Shown in pieces: positions 39,372 through 53,036 of a stretch of 64,000 nucleotides of DNA; within the stretch, counting starts at the first letter, position 1, and every line of letters starts with the position of its first letter. Source of the stretch: Parasitella parasitica NRRL 2501 (taxonomy: Eukaryota > Fungi > Mucoromycota); contig MU619322.1 in the NCBI GenBank assembly GCA_025201805.1, positions 32,972 through 96,971 on the forward strand, in the 5' to 3' direction. The position numbers were made by a program, and so were the translations under genes. The notes below the pieces were generated by a model. It ran no database searches, was not told the origin of the DNA, and worked only from the letters and a program-made list of their open reading frames with translations.

Positions 39372-40838
39372 TCAAGGGTGACTTTTCTTTCCTCTTGAAT
39401 ACAAGTACCATGCAATACTAGCCACTGTAATAATCGATCCTAACGCCACAACTGCCCCCACAACATCACTCCCACTCTGGCTGGCTTTGTTTGTACGCTT
39501 GGCTCTTCTTTTCCTCTTTCTCTTCTTGTCTTTTGCGGATGCCTTTTGCTCCTGCTCCTTGGTTGAATCCCAGTCAATGATACGAACGCCTTCAGGAACA
39601 ACAAGATTGCCAGTGGCGTCCAGCTTGATGGCCTTACCAAACCATTTGCCCGCCAACCAAACATCCTGCCCAATGCCCATTCCATTAGCGTACAGGATGC
39701 CAATGTTGAAGCATGCCTGTGCATGGCCCAGCATAGCCGCCTCTTTCCAATATCGAAGCGCAAGATCAGCGTCTACCTGCACCGAGGTGGTTGAGTGCAT
39801 CTGCTCTCCTTCAGGCTGCGAGCCGTACAAGTAGATAAGGCCTGTTTGGAAAGCCGAGCTACAAAAGTAGCGCTCATCACGAGTGTGAGGTGCATGATTA
39901 CGCAGTTTGCTCTTTGCAACATGTTCCAATTCCAGCAACGAGAAATCAATGTCGATGCGAGGCGCTGTGATTGTCATGCAGCGGTTGTAGTAGTACAATG
40001 CACTTTGATAGTCCTTTTCTACATTTGCCTCCGGTAATCCGCTCCCATACGACGTGCCAACAATGTAGCATGCTAGCGGGTCAGGCCCGTTGCTGAGCTC
40101 TTTGCCGGATTGCTGCTCCTCACAGTCTGCAGCACGTTTATACCATTCGAATGCCTTTCTGCTATCCATCTCTGGGATTGTCTTTGCAACTGTTGTGTCT
40201 TTGTTTGTTTCATATAATGCTGCTGCTTTGATCATCGACAGGGTGTGGCCTCTTTCGGCAGCCGAGAGGAAGTATTCAAGCGCTTTCTATCGAGACATCA
40301 GTCAACAGGCACTACTAGCAGAAGATACAATTTTTAACTTACCACAAGGTCGCCCATACGAACCTCGAACCACTGGCCTAACAGATACGATGAAGTGACA
40401 TCCATTTTGTTTGTTTTCTGATGTGGTCCTGCGACAGGGACTACCCATTCAGTATTGTCGTCTTCTTTCTCTAGATGGATGGTCAAGATTCTATATTTCG
40501 TTTTCTTCAAATGAGGCGGTGTGGCGATGGCAGGTGGAGTGTGAAGCAACGTAGGCGAGTTGGGCTGTGACATACTATCTTCGGACATGGCAGGTGAAGT
40601 AGTGGTTTGTGCAAGCAAGTCTGACATTTCCGACATGCCTGTATCGGCTGCTGACGGCAAGATCATGGAGGAATTAGGTGAGTGATTTGGTGATGACATG
40701 AATGCATAGGAAGACGCAATTGAAAGGCTCGGGGAGGCTGTGAGCGATGAGAATGGAGACATGCTGTTCTTTTCGAGCTGCCAAAGCGACTCAAAATGAT
40801 TGATAGGTTGGAATAATTTAGCCTGTGCAGAAAATACA
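39372..40838 (-). CDS. Sel1-like repeat protein with partial CS/HSP20-like N-terminal region and C-terminal TM anchor; 5' end lies in or beyond the gap
   Basis: Sel1 repeats (AFEWYKRAA, ALRYWKEAAMLGHAQACFNIGILYANGMG, AGKWFGKA). SLWQLEK and LTIHLEK segments. C-terminal TM VVGAVVALGSIITVASIAWYLY followed by a basic tail. Confidence 0.78.
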
Positions 40839-41138
40839 NNNNNNNNNNNNNNNNNNNNNNNNNNNNNNNNNNNNNNNNNNNNNNNNNNNNNNNNNNNNNN
40901 NNNNNNNNNNNNNNNNNNNNNNNNNNNNNNNNNNNNNNNNNNNNNNNNNNNNNNNNNNNNNNNNNNNNNNNNNNNNNNNNNNNNNNNNNNNNNNNNNNNN
41001 NNNNNNNNNNNNNNNNNNNNNNNNNNNNNNNNNNNNNNNNNNNNNNNNNNNNNNNNNNNNNNNNNNNNNNNNNNNNNNNNNNNNNNNNNNNNNNNNNNNN
41101 NNNNNNNNNNNNNNNNNNNNNNNNNNNNNNNNNNNNNN
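40839..41138. other. Assembly gap (300 N)
   Basis: Run of N. Confidence 1.
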
Positions 41139-42468
41139 TGATACAATGTTGAAGAGCAGAAGAAAAAAAAGAAACACTGGGGCGAGATGATATCATGATA
41201 TAAACTCTTAAAATCGTGACTGCCAGCATGTACATGCCCAGGTTTGAATTGTTGGATTCGTCAAAGACAATGTCAAGTGTGCAAAGCGACATTTATAAAG
41301 AGCATCTTTCCTTGTTTTTGTTATCCGCTGTGTGCCATCAAATTTTATCGCTCTGTATCCGATTTTTGGGCAGCACTAGCCTATTAGAAACGACACCGAG
41401 ACATGCAGAGCTACTGTCCATGGTTGAGGAGGCTCAAAAGTATCAGAATGTGTAGGAAGTCATTGGCACATCACTGTCAAATTTTACTTTTTTTTTTTTC
41501 TTTTTTTTTCAGCTTTTTTAAGCTTAAAAGTCAGCTCTTTTAGTCGAAATTCAAATCGTCCCCAAAGCCCTTGTATACCCTCATCCAAAATCGAAAAAAA
41601 GCGATTCATTGCTTTTTCAGCCCAAAAACAAACTTGAAACGTACAACATTGTGAGAGAAAAATAAAGATATAAACTGCTTTAATGTTTCGGCGTGTCTAA
41701 ACTAGAAAGAAACTAGTGAGAATATTGACGTTTGCTGCAAAAAGCGTTTTTGAGTTAAAGAGTTTTGACTCACAATATACTTGGTTAAGTGGCTTTGTAT
41801 TTTACACTGTTTGATGAAGCAAAGCTTTTCTCATATACGTGTATTTCTTTTTGGCAGTAAATTTGGGTAAATCCACTCTCGAATCGTGAAAAAAGGCCAA
41901 TGTTGATGAAAAAATGACCTTCGAGACCAATTTGGGCTAAAAAAAAAATAAGAAACTTGCAGCGGGCATTAAACCAGGTTCAGTCTTCAAAATAGGTGTT
42001 TTTTGTCGTATTGCGTCGATTTTCGATTTAAGCAAGTGCCCCTTTCTATAGTCTGCACAGAAACGTTCTCATTAAATAGTGTTTGGGCTGCTTTGATCCA
42101 TATATACTTGAATTGATTGGCTTTATTGGCAAGTGCCAGAGCTTTCAATTCAAAATGCATTTAATGGTGAAGTGAGCAAAATTCGGATCCCATCTCTCAG
42201 CTCTTCTGCTGCAGCATGAGCAATGTTATCAATATTAGTTCTGGTTGTTTGTTTGCACCTTTTGTTGTACAAAATATTTTACTATTATCAAAAGCAAGCA
42301 GCTTGAAAATGCATAGTTCCCTATTTTTTGTTTCCCCATGTTGATGTCATTTGTTGCACGCAACAATCTACAATTAGCTTCCCGATAATTACTTGATACA
42401 TGTACACTCTCATTTTGGGGGGCGATTCATCACTCTTCTTTTTGCTTTCTTTATATCACCTTCTTTAA

Positions 42469-44203
42469 ATGTCTGAATTCCATTCGCTTGCGAACCTCAT
42501 CAAACGCCTCGAGGTCGCTACAACCCGCTTGGAGGATTTGGCCATGTCCTCTTCCTCTGCGTCTGCAGTTGTTGCCAACTCGCCACCCTCGCCTACAACT
42601 GTCGGTGCAGGATCATCGTCTGCTGAAACTCCTGCTAGCGTCGAAAAGCATGACGCTGCTGTCAACGCTTCGCTGGAAAAATACGTTGCCTTGTCTAACG
42701 AGTTGGGTGGCGCTGTCGCCGAGCAGGTAAGAAGCGTCCTATTCGTTTTAGTGATGGTTGTGCTGAGGAAAAAAAAAAAAAAAAAACTTGTAATAGGCTC
42801 TCCTCGTGAAGCAAGCTGTTGACGCTGAGAGAGACATCATCTACATCTCAGCCCTTGCTCAGAAGCCTGAGATAGGCTCTCCCACATTCATGAAGCTTCT
42901 GGAGCCCATCCAAAAGACTCTGGCTAGTATCGTCGAGCTTAAGGATGCCAATCGTCCTGACCCGCTGTTCACCCATTTGAGTGCTGTAGTCGAAGGCATT
43001 CCCGCTTTGGGCTGGTTTACTTGTGTAAATATGAAAAAGGACGATGAAAGCGCCATTTTCACTAATGTTCAAGTAACGTCTGTTAGGAGCCTACGCCTGT
43101 ACCTTTTATTCGCGATATGAAGGAAGCCGCTCAATTTTACACTAACCGTGTTGTCAAGGACTGGAAAGAAAAGTAACATCCTGAAAAAACGCTCAATGCA
43201 TTTATCTGTGTGTGTTATTGATATTTGTGCCCTTAGGGATCCCAAGCATGTCGCTTGGACACAGTCTTTCGTCGCCTTTTTGGACAATTTAGCTGCTTAC
43301 GTTAAAGAGCATTACCCAACTGGTTTATCCTGGAATGCAAAGGGCGAAAAGCCTGAAGCTTTTATTGGAAAATCTCCATCGAAAGCTGGGTCATCTACGA
43401 CGTCCGCTGCTTCTGCGACGACTCCCGCCAACCCAGCTTCCGCTGCGGGTGCACCTCCACCTCCTCCTCCACCCCCGCCACCTCCTATGGTCACTGAAGA
43501 TGATGGGAAGCCCGCTCAAACTACAGGAGCAGCAGCAGTGTTTGCCGAAATTAACAAGGGCACTGATATCACAGCGGGCCTTCGTAAAGTCGACAAGAGC
43601 GAAATGACGCATAAAAACCCTAGTTTACGCTCAAGCTCAACTGTCTCTGCCGCTCCCACCTCTCCCAAACGCCAAGGGCCTCCCACTCCCAACAAACCCG
43701 ACAAATACACACTCAAAAAGGCTGCCAAGACATCGCTAGAAGCCAACAAGTGGGTTATTGAGAACCATGAAGGCAACAATGAGATTGTCATCGAGGAGAC
43801 CGCCATTAACCAAGCTGTTTACATTTACAACTGCAAAAACTCGACAATCCGTATCAAGGGTAAGGTTAACGCAATCACCATGGACTCCTGTACCAAGTGT
43901 GGCATTGCCCTGGATTCTACTGTCTCTACGGTCGATATCGTCAATTCGAAATCCTTTGCTGTGCAGGTATTCCATGTAGTCCCTACCATTGCTGTTGACA
44001 AGTGTGATAGCGGCGAGATCTATCTATCCAGAGAGTGTCTGGACATTGAAATCTTGTCTGCCAAGTCTTCCTCTTTGAATGTGCTTGTACCAGAGACTGA
44101 TGCTGAGGACAGCGATTTCAAGGAAGCGGCTGTGCCTGAGCAGTTTAAGACTACCATTGTAAATGGAAAATTGACTACTGTCACTGTTGAACATGCAGGG
44201 TAA
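42469..44203 (+). CDS. SRV2: Adenylyl cyclase-associated protein (CAP/Srv2); 4 exons
   Basis: LIKRLEVATTRLEDLA, EGIPALGW, HYPTGLSWN, poly-Pro, ITAGLRKVDKSEMTHKNP (WH2) and CARP domain ending VEHAG*. Confidence 0.96.
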
Positions 44204-44353
44204 ATGCCGTTATCATATATCAATAAATTAGTATACACATATTTGCACAAGATGGGTTTTAGGTTCATTTTGTTTGAGAATCAGTGTTGAACGTGAATAA
44301 CACAGAGAAAGGATTATGGTATAATATAGACTTTTGACAAAATAGCTCTTTTT

Positions 44354-44404
44354 CAGTTATTCAGTTATTCAGTTATTCAGTTATTCATTTATTTATTTAT
44401 TTAT
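44354..44404. repeat. (TTCAGTTA)x4 plus (TTTA)n simple repeats between convergent 3' ends
   Basis: TTCAGTTATTCAGTTATTCAGTTATTCAGTTATTCATTTATTTATTTAT read directly. Confidence 0.9.
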
Positions 44405-44411
44405 TACATAT

Positions 44412-45586
44412 CTACAAATCAGCAACCTTGACGACTTGCTTACCAAAGTTCTTGCCGCGCAAGACGTCAATCAAAGCTTGGGGAGTCTTTTCAATGCCTT
44501 CAGCGACACACTCGCGGTACTTGATGCCGTCTTCTTTAAGAAGCCATTTGGTCACATCTTTTCTGAAAGGCTCAAGCATTTCAGGGCTGTCACTGACAAT
44601 AAAACCACGGATTTCAAGCGACTTGGCAACAATCTGAATAAGATTGCGAACGCCATAAGGCTCAGAGGTGTTGTATTGAGAGATCATGCCGCAACAAACG
44701 ATTCTGGCAAATCTGTTGGAGTGGGCAATGACATCCTCCAACATCTTGCCGCCGACATTCTCAAAGTAGATGTCGATTCCGTCAGGAAGAAGTTCGGCGA
44801 AAGCTTCCCTGGTATCCTTGGTCTTGTAGTTGAAAGCACCGTCAAAGCCAATGGACTTGAGGTACTCAACCTTCTCATCACTGCCAGCAGAACCAACAAC
44901 GCGCAAGCCAAGCATCTTGCCGATTTGGCCAACCAATTGACCGACAGCACCAGAAGCTATTTTACCGCATGTTAGTTGTTTTAATCCTATTCGCTAAACG
45001 GACACATGTCTCATCTTACCAGCACTGACGTAAAGCGACTCTCCCTTCTTGGGCTTACCAAATTTGATCAAACTACGAATAAGGATGATGTATTAGAAAT
45101 TAGAGTTTCCCCAGCAGGCATCTTTGCATTAAACTAAAATTACCCGACGTAGGCTGTCATTCCAGGCATACCAAGAACGCCAATGTAGTTGGTGAGAGGA
45201 AGCCCAGACTCCTTGGCCTCGTTGCGCACCTCCAAAGCAGCTGTGTAAGCTTCGGGAACAACGACGTATTCAGCAAAGGCACTCATGCCATATACGTAAT
45301 CGCCAACCTTGAATTTGTCATTGTTAGACTTGAGAACAGAAGCCATAACATGGCCATTCATGGGCTGGTCGAGAGTAAAGGCAGGAGAGTACGACTTGAC
45401 GCTGGAATCTCTCATACGTCCACGCATGTAAGGATCAACAGATAAGCACAAGGTCTTGAGAAGGATTGATCCTTGCGGGATCTCGGCTTCGAGGTCAATT
45501 TCGCTCTTGTCGACAACCATGTGTTTGCCCTCTTCAGGGTAGGTAGTAGGGATTTCGGCAAAGATAATTTTAGTGTTTGAAACCAT
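44412..45586 (-). CDS. NADP-dependent MDR oxidoreductase (prostaglandin reductase / 2-alkenal reductase-like); 3 exons
   Basis: LSVDPYMRGRM, GVLGMPGMTAYVG, GESLYVSA(A)SGAVGQLVGQ, GIDIYFENVGG, CGMISQYN and GKNFGKQVV. Confidence 0.93.
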
Positions 45587-46239
45587 TGTTTATGCGTGTG
45601 TTGGAGAACAGAAGTGAAGAGAATAATGGGAGAGTGGGAAGTGGGAAGTGGGGTGTTATATATACACAAACGGATCGGCCAATTAAAAAAAAAAAAAAAA
45701 AATCAATGCTAGCCATGTATTATTAATCCAAAGTTGAATGAATTTCTTAGAATCATTCACTTGTGGGATAAGCAACCCAAAGATTTCTTTTAAAAATTAT
45801 TCAGCACAGATGCTGTTTTTAGTAACACAATGCTAGCATTATGTTCTGGCAACAGAGTCGGAGCGAATTACCCTAATTCCATAACGTAAGGCTAAATGCA
45901 AATAAATAGGGACTATGCGTGTCTCGCACTGGAGTGAAGAAACAGGCATGACACGATTCATTCAATTCAAGCATACTACTTGGAAAAGTTGATTTTTTTT
46001 CTTTTTTTTCACTCACCCGTGAAAGTCTATTTTTTTTCTTCCTCCTCTAGTATTGTTTTGCCGGGAATAGTGTTTAGCATCCAACCCAAAAGATATGCCC
46101 CATGCTTGGCGGCTGAATCAATTAACCGTAGTAAACAGCTTTTTTTTTTTTCCATCTTTCCTTGTGGGCCAAAGTAACCTTTTTTTTTTTTTTTTCATTT
46201 CTTCTCGCCAAAATACGCCAATAAACCTTGTAAATAGAG

Positions 46240-49000
46240 ATGAAAGCTGGGATTTCAGACATGAAATGGACAAACTATGAGCCAAAAGACGCAAAAGAAA
46301 CACCTCCAAGTACGGCGAGCAACAAGAGATCAAGAATTACGAGGGCCTGTATGTCTGATTTTGCCATGCGCATCATGTAAATGCTAAAATTTCAATATTC
46401 TATAGGTGACATCTGCCGCAAAAAGAAGATCAAGTACGAGTTTTTTTTTTTTTTTTTTTTTTCCATGTAGCATAAACTATATACGCATCTGTAATAACAT
46501 AACATGTAGGTGCGATATTGATGAATCACAGCACTGTGCCACTTGCAAGCAATATGGCTGGGAATGCACTTTTAATGAGGTAAGTTTAGATAAAAATGGT
46601 ACTATATATATTGAGTGCACAAGTCTAATTGTCTCCCCCCATTCCCCACTTACTGTCTAATGTATAGACCACCAAGAAAAGGGGCCCACCAAAAGGGTAG
46701 GTAATACAACAGTTTTATTTCTCGGATTCTTATAATTTTTTTTTTTTTCATGCAACAGGTATATCGAAAGTCTTGAAACTCGGCTTCGAAACATGGAAGA
46801 TTTACTGGAGAAGATGCAGCCCGAGGGGGACAATCAAGCGACGAAAAAGAAGGTGAGACGAGAAGTATCGCCGTCGTTGGAAATACCAAAATCAGTCGAA
46901 CACAGCAAAGTCGTAAAGTTCCTTGGCAGTTCATCTGGCTACTACTTGGTGCGCAACATTTTGTCCGCAGAGGGGCAGGATATTGACGAGCTGCAGTCGT
47001 CTCGCCGAGCATCCTTATCGGTGGCCGACGACCCAGGGCCACTGCGATTCAAGAAAATCAATGTGGTTGACGATGACATTATGTTTGTCAGAGACAAGAC
47101 GCTAGCAGAGCACGCAGATCAGCTGGAAACAGACAAGTTGGACTTGAATCCAGACGTTGCGCCAAAGTCGCTGGTTACGGATCTGGTTGCTCGCTTTTTC
47201 CGGATGGACCATGCCAGCCTGCCCATTATTGACAAAGAGTCGTTCTTGGATGCTTACGAAGGCCGCTCACAGCCGCCACCTGCCACCATCTTGGTCTATG
47301 CGATTTGCACGCATACGTGTGTGCTGCTGCCGATAGATGATCCTATTTTCAGAAATGCAGGACTGGATCGCGATGAGTTGTTTGATACGCTTGTGGAACA
47401 TACAACTCACCTGGTGAAGAAAGAGTACCTGACACCAAGACTGTCTACAATACAGGCACTCGTGTTACTTTGTGCGTATCCAGCTTGTGATAGATCATTT
47501 TATAGAAACTGGCTTCGTGCTGGCATGGCTGTCAGGATGGTATGGTTTTTTTTTTTGTCATATTTGCATGGATTTCCAGTATTGACGCCAACATACATAT
47601 AGGCTCAGGAACTAGGCCTTCATCGAACAGTAGAAAAGCTGCCATTGACAGAAGATATGATTGAAGCTCGTAAAAGGTTGTGGTTCTGCGTCTACATTAC
47701 TGACAGATGGACATGCGCTGTAATGGGCAGGCCGCTGGCAATTGCAGATGCCGATTGCGACATTGATTTACCGCACATCAACGGCGGCAGCAAAGGCACA
47801 AGGGATTATTCGTTGTTTGTCAATTTTGTAAAGTTATCAGGCATTCTGGGAGAAGTGTTGCGTAGGATTTACTCGCCCAAAGCCAGATCACAGGGCTACA
47901 AGAACATCACTGCCCACCGTACTGTTCAAAGTATGCATCGCATGCTTACAGACTGGCTTGAGCAGTTGCCAGACCATCAACGCATCACACCGCACGAGGC
48001 AGAGATACTGCACAGGAACAGGATCAAGACCAACAAGGTCAGAGAGGCAGGGCCTTTGATGGTCTGCTACCATGCAGTCAACATCCTCCTCTATCGCAAC
48101 TTTATGGTTGAAAAGCTGGACGTCTTACCAGAGCTGTTTGAGGAAGCCAGCAAACGCTGCACTGAGGCGGCAAAGAATGCGATCGACATTGCTAGGTTAC
48201 TGACGCCCACTCAAGTCGTACAATTTGGCTGGAATTTTGCCGGTAAGTTGATCTGACAGCTGACCACCTGCGTGTTCTTTTTTTTTTTTTTTCTTTAACG
48301 CTTTTGCTCTGCCCATGTATTATAGGGTATGCCGTTTTTCAAGCTAGTCTCATCCATGTATACAATTGCACAAGCAGTTTACCCAAAGTAGCTAAACAGT
48401 CCAGAGATTATGTCAAAATATGTGTGGACGAATGTATAAAGCCGATGGGAGTTGAAATGACAAATGCACCCCAAAATGCTTTGCCATTGATCCAAACTTT
48501 AATGGATCTAATAGGCGTAGAGAAGGAGCCTAGTAGTAGTGCCTCTGACAGTAGTGGCCATATACCCGGCAGCAGCGAGCAAACAGATAATGCCGCCACT
48601 GCCAATGCAAACGTGAACCAAGACAGTAATCCTGGATTTGTGCAGCCAGTGCCAGAGCCGCAACCACAGCCACAGCCACAGCCACAGCCACAGCCGTTTC
48701 CTATGAGCGTGCATGCCATAGTGTCTGATTGGAACCAGCCTCCAGACAACAGTAGTAGGATGAACGCACCATCCCAGGGATCGTTTGCCCCCAACAATGT
48801 CTCGACTGCTGCATGGCAGACTTTATTTGCTTCTGCTGCCACCCCGTTTGTTGACAATGAATCAGACTGGCAAAGTAAGTGTTTTATGATCTGAAACTGC
48901 CTCGTCTGTACTAAATGTACGTCTTGTGTGCTTAGACGTCCTGTCAACTTTATTTGACGACAGTAATCAAGTAAAACAGAGCCATCCATTCATACAATAA
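46240..49000 (+). CDS. Zn(II)2Cys6 transcription factor with fungal-specific middle homology domain; multi-exon
   Basis: Spliced RITRACDICRKKKIRC..CATCKQYGWECTF..TKKRGPPKGYIESLETRL, then FLGSSSG, LSTIQALVLL, AVRMAQELGLHR, RKRLWFCVYITDRW and MGRPLAI; QP repeat at 48661-48696. Confidence 0.92.
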
Positions 49001-49174
49001 TAAACGTTGCATTGGCTCGAGTCAATGTCAGTGATGCTACGTGGCTTAAAGCCGCCATGATTTAGTATCACCCTCTTGAAACTTTAAAAGCACTAGCTCT
49101 ACCTTTTTTTTTTCTTCTTCTTCTTCTTCTTTTCTCTCCTCCTTCTTTATAAAATACCCTCTCCTCCCAGAAAA

Positions 49175-51022
49175 ATGGATGAATACGGATACCCAGTCTC
49201 TGATGAACAGAGGGAAGATTCCTCCTACAGTTACTCGTCAAAGGTATGCTGTCTTTAATGAGTCGTCGTGATGATTTCCAAATGCCAACTCATGAGCTGT
49301 TCCCGATAGACAACCTACCACACCTCATCTTCTTCTCGCGTAAAAGTAGACACAGAGGGAGGATACGACAGCAACGACCCATACTTTACACAAGAAGACT
49401 ACAGTCGTCCCAACCCCAACTACCCGCAGCCGCCAGAGTCGCAGCATAATCCAGGCCCCCATCCAGGTAAGACATAACCAGACGTTTCTTTCATGCCTTG
49501 GAAGGCCTCAACAGTACACTAGTTGAATATGGTGGCATGGCCACCCATCACAGCGAAACCACCCCTGGAAATGAATTCTTCCTGCACGTTGATCCTACTG
49601 TCGAACATGACCAGCCTGATTTCGAGCTTTCCAATTGTAAGTTGTACATGCCTGCATTTTTTTTTTTTGTATGCACCACAAAAACAGCCCACTGACGAAA
49701 ACGCGTTTCTGTTTAAAAGGCCGTGGCAAAAAGAGAGCCCTGTTGATTGGCATCAACTATATAGGCTCCAAGAACCAGTTGAACGGTATGTACTATGTAC
49801 TATGTGCTTGCACGCAGCCAAAACCATGCATAATGACGGCATTCCATATTGAATATCATGCTATTTAGGCTGTATTAATGACGTTGCCAACATCAAAGAC
49901 TTTCTGACTTCGCTCTATGGCTTCCAAGAGGTAAGGAGTAGGGTGCTGTGGGGAGAGAGTACGTAACTGATGTGCTTCCGTGCGCAGGAAGACATGGTCA
50001 TCCTGACGGATGAACGCGAGGAAGAAAAGTTTATCCCTACTCGCAAGAATATCATTGCCGCTATGGAATGGCTGGTGCGTGATGCTGAGCCTAATGATTC
50101 GTAAGAAACCACGGACAAGAATGCTTCTTTGCAGAGACACTGACATACGTTTGGAAAGCTTTTTTTTCCACTATAGCGGCCATGGTGGTAGAGTGCATGA
50201 TGTTCACAGTGACGAAGATGACAGTTTCGATGAAACCATCTATCCTCTGGACTTTGAAGAATACGAAGGTGATTCTGGGCAGCTGAAGGATGATGTAAGT
50301 TGGCGCATATGCATGGCGTTTATAAAAAATTACACTGCGACTGACTGTTGCTCGACATCAGGACATGCACAATTTACTTGTAAAGCCGTTGCCTCCCAAA
50401 TGTAGATTGACCTGCATTTTTGACAGCTGTCATTCGGGAACAGTGCTTGATCTGCCCTTTGTCGTAAGTAGCATGCGCTCTCCTCCACTCCATTTTTTTT
50501 TTTTTTTTTTTTTGCCAACTAAAATCATGGAAAACAGTACTCTACCCGTGGTGAAATCAAGGAGCGAAACTTGTTCAAGCATGCTGGCAAAGGGATTTTC
50601 ACTGCGGGAGTTGCATACGCCAGAGGCGATAGAGACGGCGCCCTTTCGTCCATCATGTCTCTTGGAAAGGAATTGATGGAATCGCGCAAGGCGTCCAGTC
50701 AATCTCGTAGAAAAAATACTTCCCAAGCTGATGTTGTCATGTTTTCTGGCTGCAAAGATGACCAGACTTCTGCAGATGCTAGTGAAGCAGGAAAGGCAAC
50801 CGGCGCCATGAGTCATGCCTTGACATGTAAGTCCCGGCTTATAAGGGATAGTTGCAAGTTGATATTCATCCATTTTCATTAGCAACCCTTCGCGAGGACC
50901 CCACTCAGTCCTACCAGGAGTTGCTGAACAGTCTACGTGACATTTTGCGTGATAAATACTCTCAAAGACCTCAGATGAGCTCATCTCACCCAATCGATGT
51001 TAACCTCAAATTCCAATGTTGA
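49175..51022 (+). CDS. MCA1: Type I metacaspase; many short exons
   Basis: P/Q/Y-rich prodomain, [25 protein letters not shown] (catalytic His), [14 protein letters not shown] (catalytic Cys), [12 protein letters not shown] and GAMS. Confidence 0.95.
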
Positions 51023-51255
51023 AAGAATAGCAATTATGCAGATGTATGAGATGTTGTGTAATGCACTTTTAAGCAAATGAATAAACAGTTTCTTATTTTT
51101 TGGTTCGATTAAAAAGCGCTATATGTATTTTGGTATAATGTATAAGTTGAGCTTTTTGACTTTCTATTGTAATAGAGAGAGGGAGGGGGAGGGGGGAAGG
51201 ATGAATAATATTCTAATAAAAACAATGCAATTTAATATATAAACAAGCGATTTCT

Positions 51256-53036
51256 TCAAGGTGATCTAGTAGAGTTGCAGCAGCTTCTTTTTGCAGACTT
51301 TTCGCTGATAGTGTCAGTGGTTTCATTCCAACCGTTGCTGGGACCACATGTACAAAAGGTGCTTGTCAAATCGAGGACTTCTTCAGATATACGCTGCACT
51401 TCCTGCTTCATGATGGCTGTCATGTCATCGTCTTTTCTGTACTTGTCGAGCTTATCTTGGAGTTCTCTCGGTAGGGAGGTGTACAGCATGCGTGGCGATC
51501 CCAGGACAAACAATGTTGCAAACGCAGCATTGCAATCGATGCGGGTATAAGAGAGGTTCTCTCTGTTGGGATAAAGAGCGTCCATCACGATTGGATATAG
51601 GGGCGATTTAGTGGTGTCGAACAGCAGCTCATTAACGTACTCCTCAGCCTTGTTGGGCGTTGTCGCATTGAATGAAGCTAGCGACTGGTTAGCAAGTATG
51701 GACGTGTACTCCTTGGGTACGTTGCGAAGGACTAGTGATACGACGTGCTGTAGAGTCCTGGGCTTCTCCATCCACATGTTTTCCGGAATGCGCTGGCAGA
51801 ACGATTTAGCAAGCGTTGTCCAGTTCAATTTTGCCTCGTTTTCTTTCATGGGTTGACTAGCTTTTGCAGGCTCTGTCTGTCCAAAATGCGGGCCTTTTGC
51901 AGTAGAGCAGCTGTCATTTTTGACAGAGCAAAGGCTCAAAGGAGGGTGTTCCACATCGTAGCTAAGGACAAAGTAGCCTCGGGGAAGTCCGGTTTCCTTA
52001 TCGACGGGCTTCATGGATTCATAAAGCGTCTCAATTGAGCACCAGTAGCTAGGATACTTGTAACGAGCAGTATCCAGAATTAGCACTTTGCCCTCCTGGG
52101 CATTGTACGCACCAATGGGTGAGAAATGGCCATCGCCCGTTTGTCCTAGTATCTTTCTGGAAAAGGATATCACCATAAACTTGTCTGAGGTCGACGTAAT
52201 CATCTCCACGTCCCTTTTAAACTGTTCAAAGGTGAAATCGAAGGCTCTGTTGACTTGAACGTCGCAATGAGATTTAGCCAGGCAAGCAAAATTGTCAAAT
52301 GTGATGCCGTTCTTTTTCATGTCCTCCTTTGATGAGCAACACTGTAGAAACTCGTCTGTATTTCAACATGAGTAACTGCTCTCTTGTTCATTGCAACGAG
52401 GATGTCTGTAATCATTACCTGAAAACCATCTCCAATTCCCCTTCCACCTTCTCTTGGGATCCACTTCCAGCGCATTCAAAACCATTGCCACTAATAGCAA
52501 CAAGGTCGGTTAGATGAATTTGTTACTGATCCACAACAGAGAGAAAGAGAGAGAGGAAACTTACATGAACTTGGTCCACAATACGCAGGCTCTGATTGAG
52601 TTGTGAAATTACCAGTAAGAGGGAAAAACCCCTCTGCATGTCCGTCATCCATTGCTTCTCTGAAAAGCTTTTTTCCTCCGGGAGAAGCAAATCTGACCAG
52701 CGTTGAGGGCAGCTCTCTTTGGTAGAATGTGTTTGATAGATCGTCTGCAGTGTTGGGCGCAGATACGCCCAAGAGATCTTGGAATGCAGCCGTAACTGAA
52801 GCTGTTGTTGCAGGTGCAGCTGGTGCAGCAGGTGCAGCAGGTGCTGGTGAAGGAGAAAAGTCCATGGGCTTTTCCAGAACTGCTTCTGTTTGAGTTCCTA
52901 TGCTGCGGCCTAGAGTAGGTTGTATAGCGACATGTGGGGGTTTGAAAGCTGCTCTCGTCTCCATCAGCTGGTAAGACTGAGGCAGCTTAAAGTGTGTGCG
53001 ATATCGAAGCCATTGAACTGCTTTTACTTTGAGCAT
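51256..53036 (-). CDS. PCS1: Phytochelatin synthase (glutathione gamma-glutamylcysteinyltransferase); 3 exons
   Basis: TFYQRELP, TQSEPAYCG (Cys), GQTGDGHFSPIG (His), LILDTARYKYP (Asp) and PRGY; Cys clusters FCTC and SCC in the C-terminus. Confidence 0.95.
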
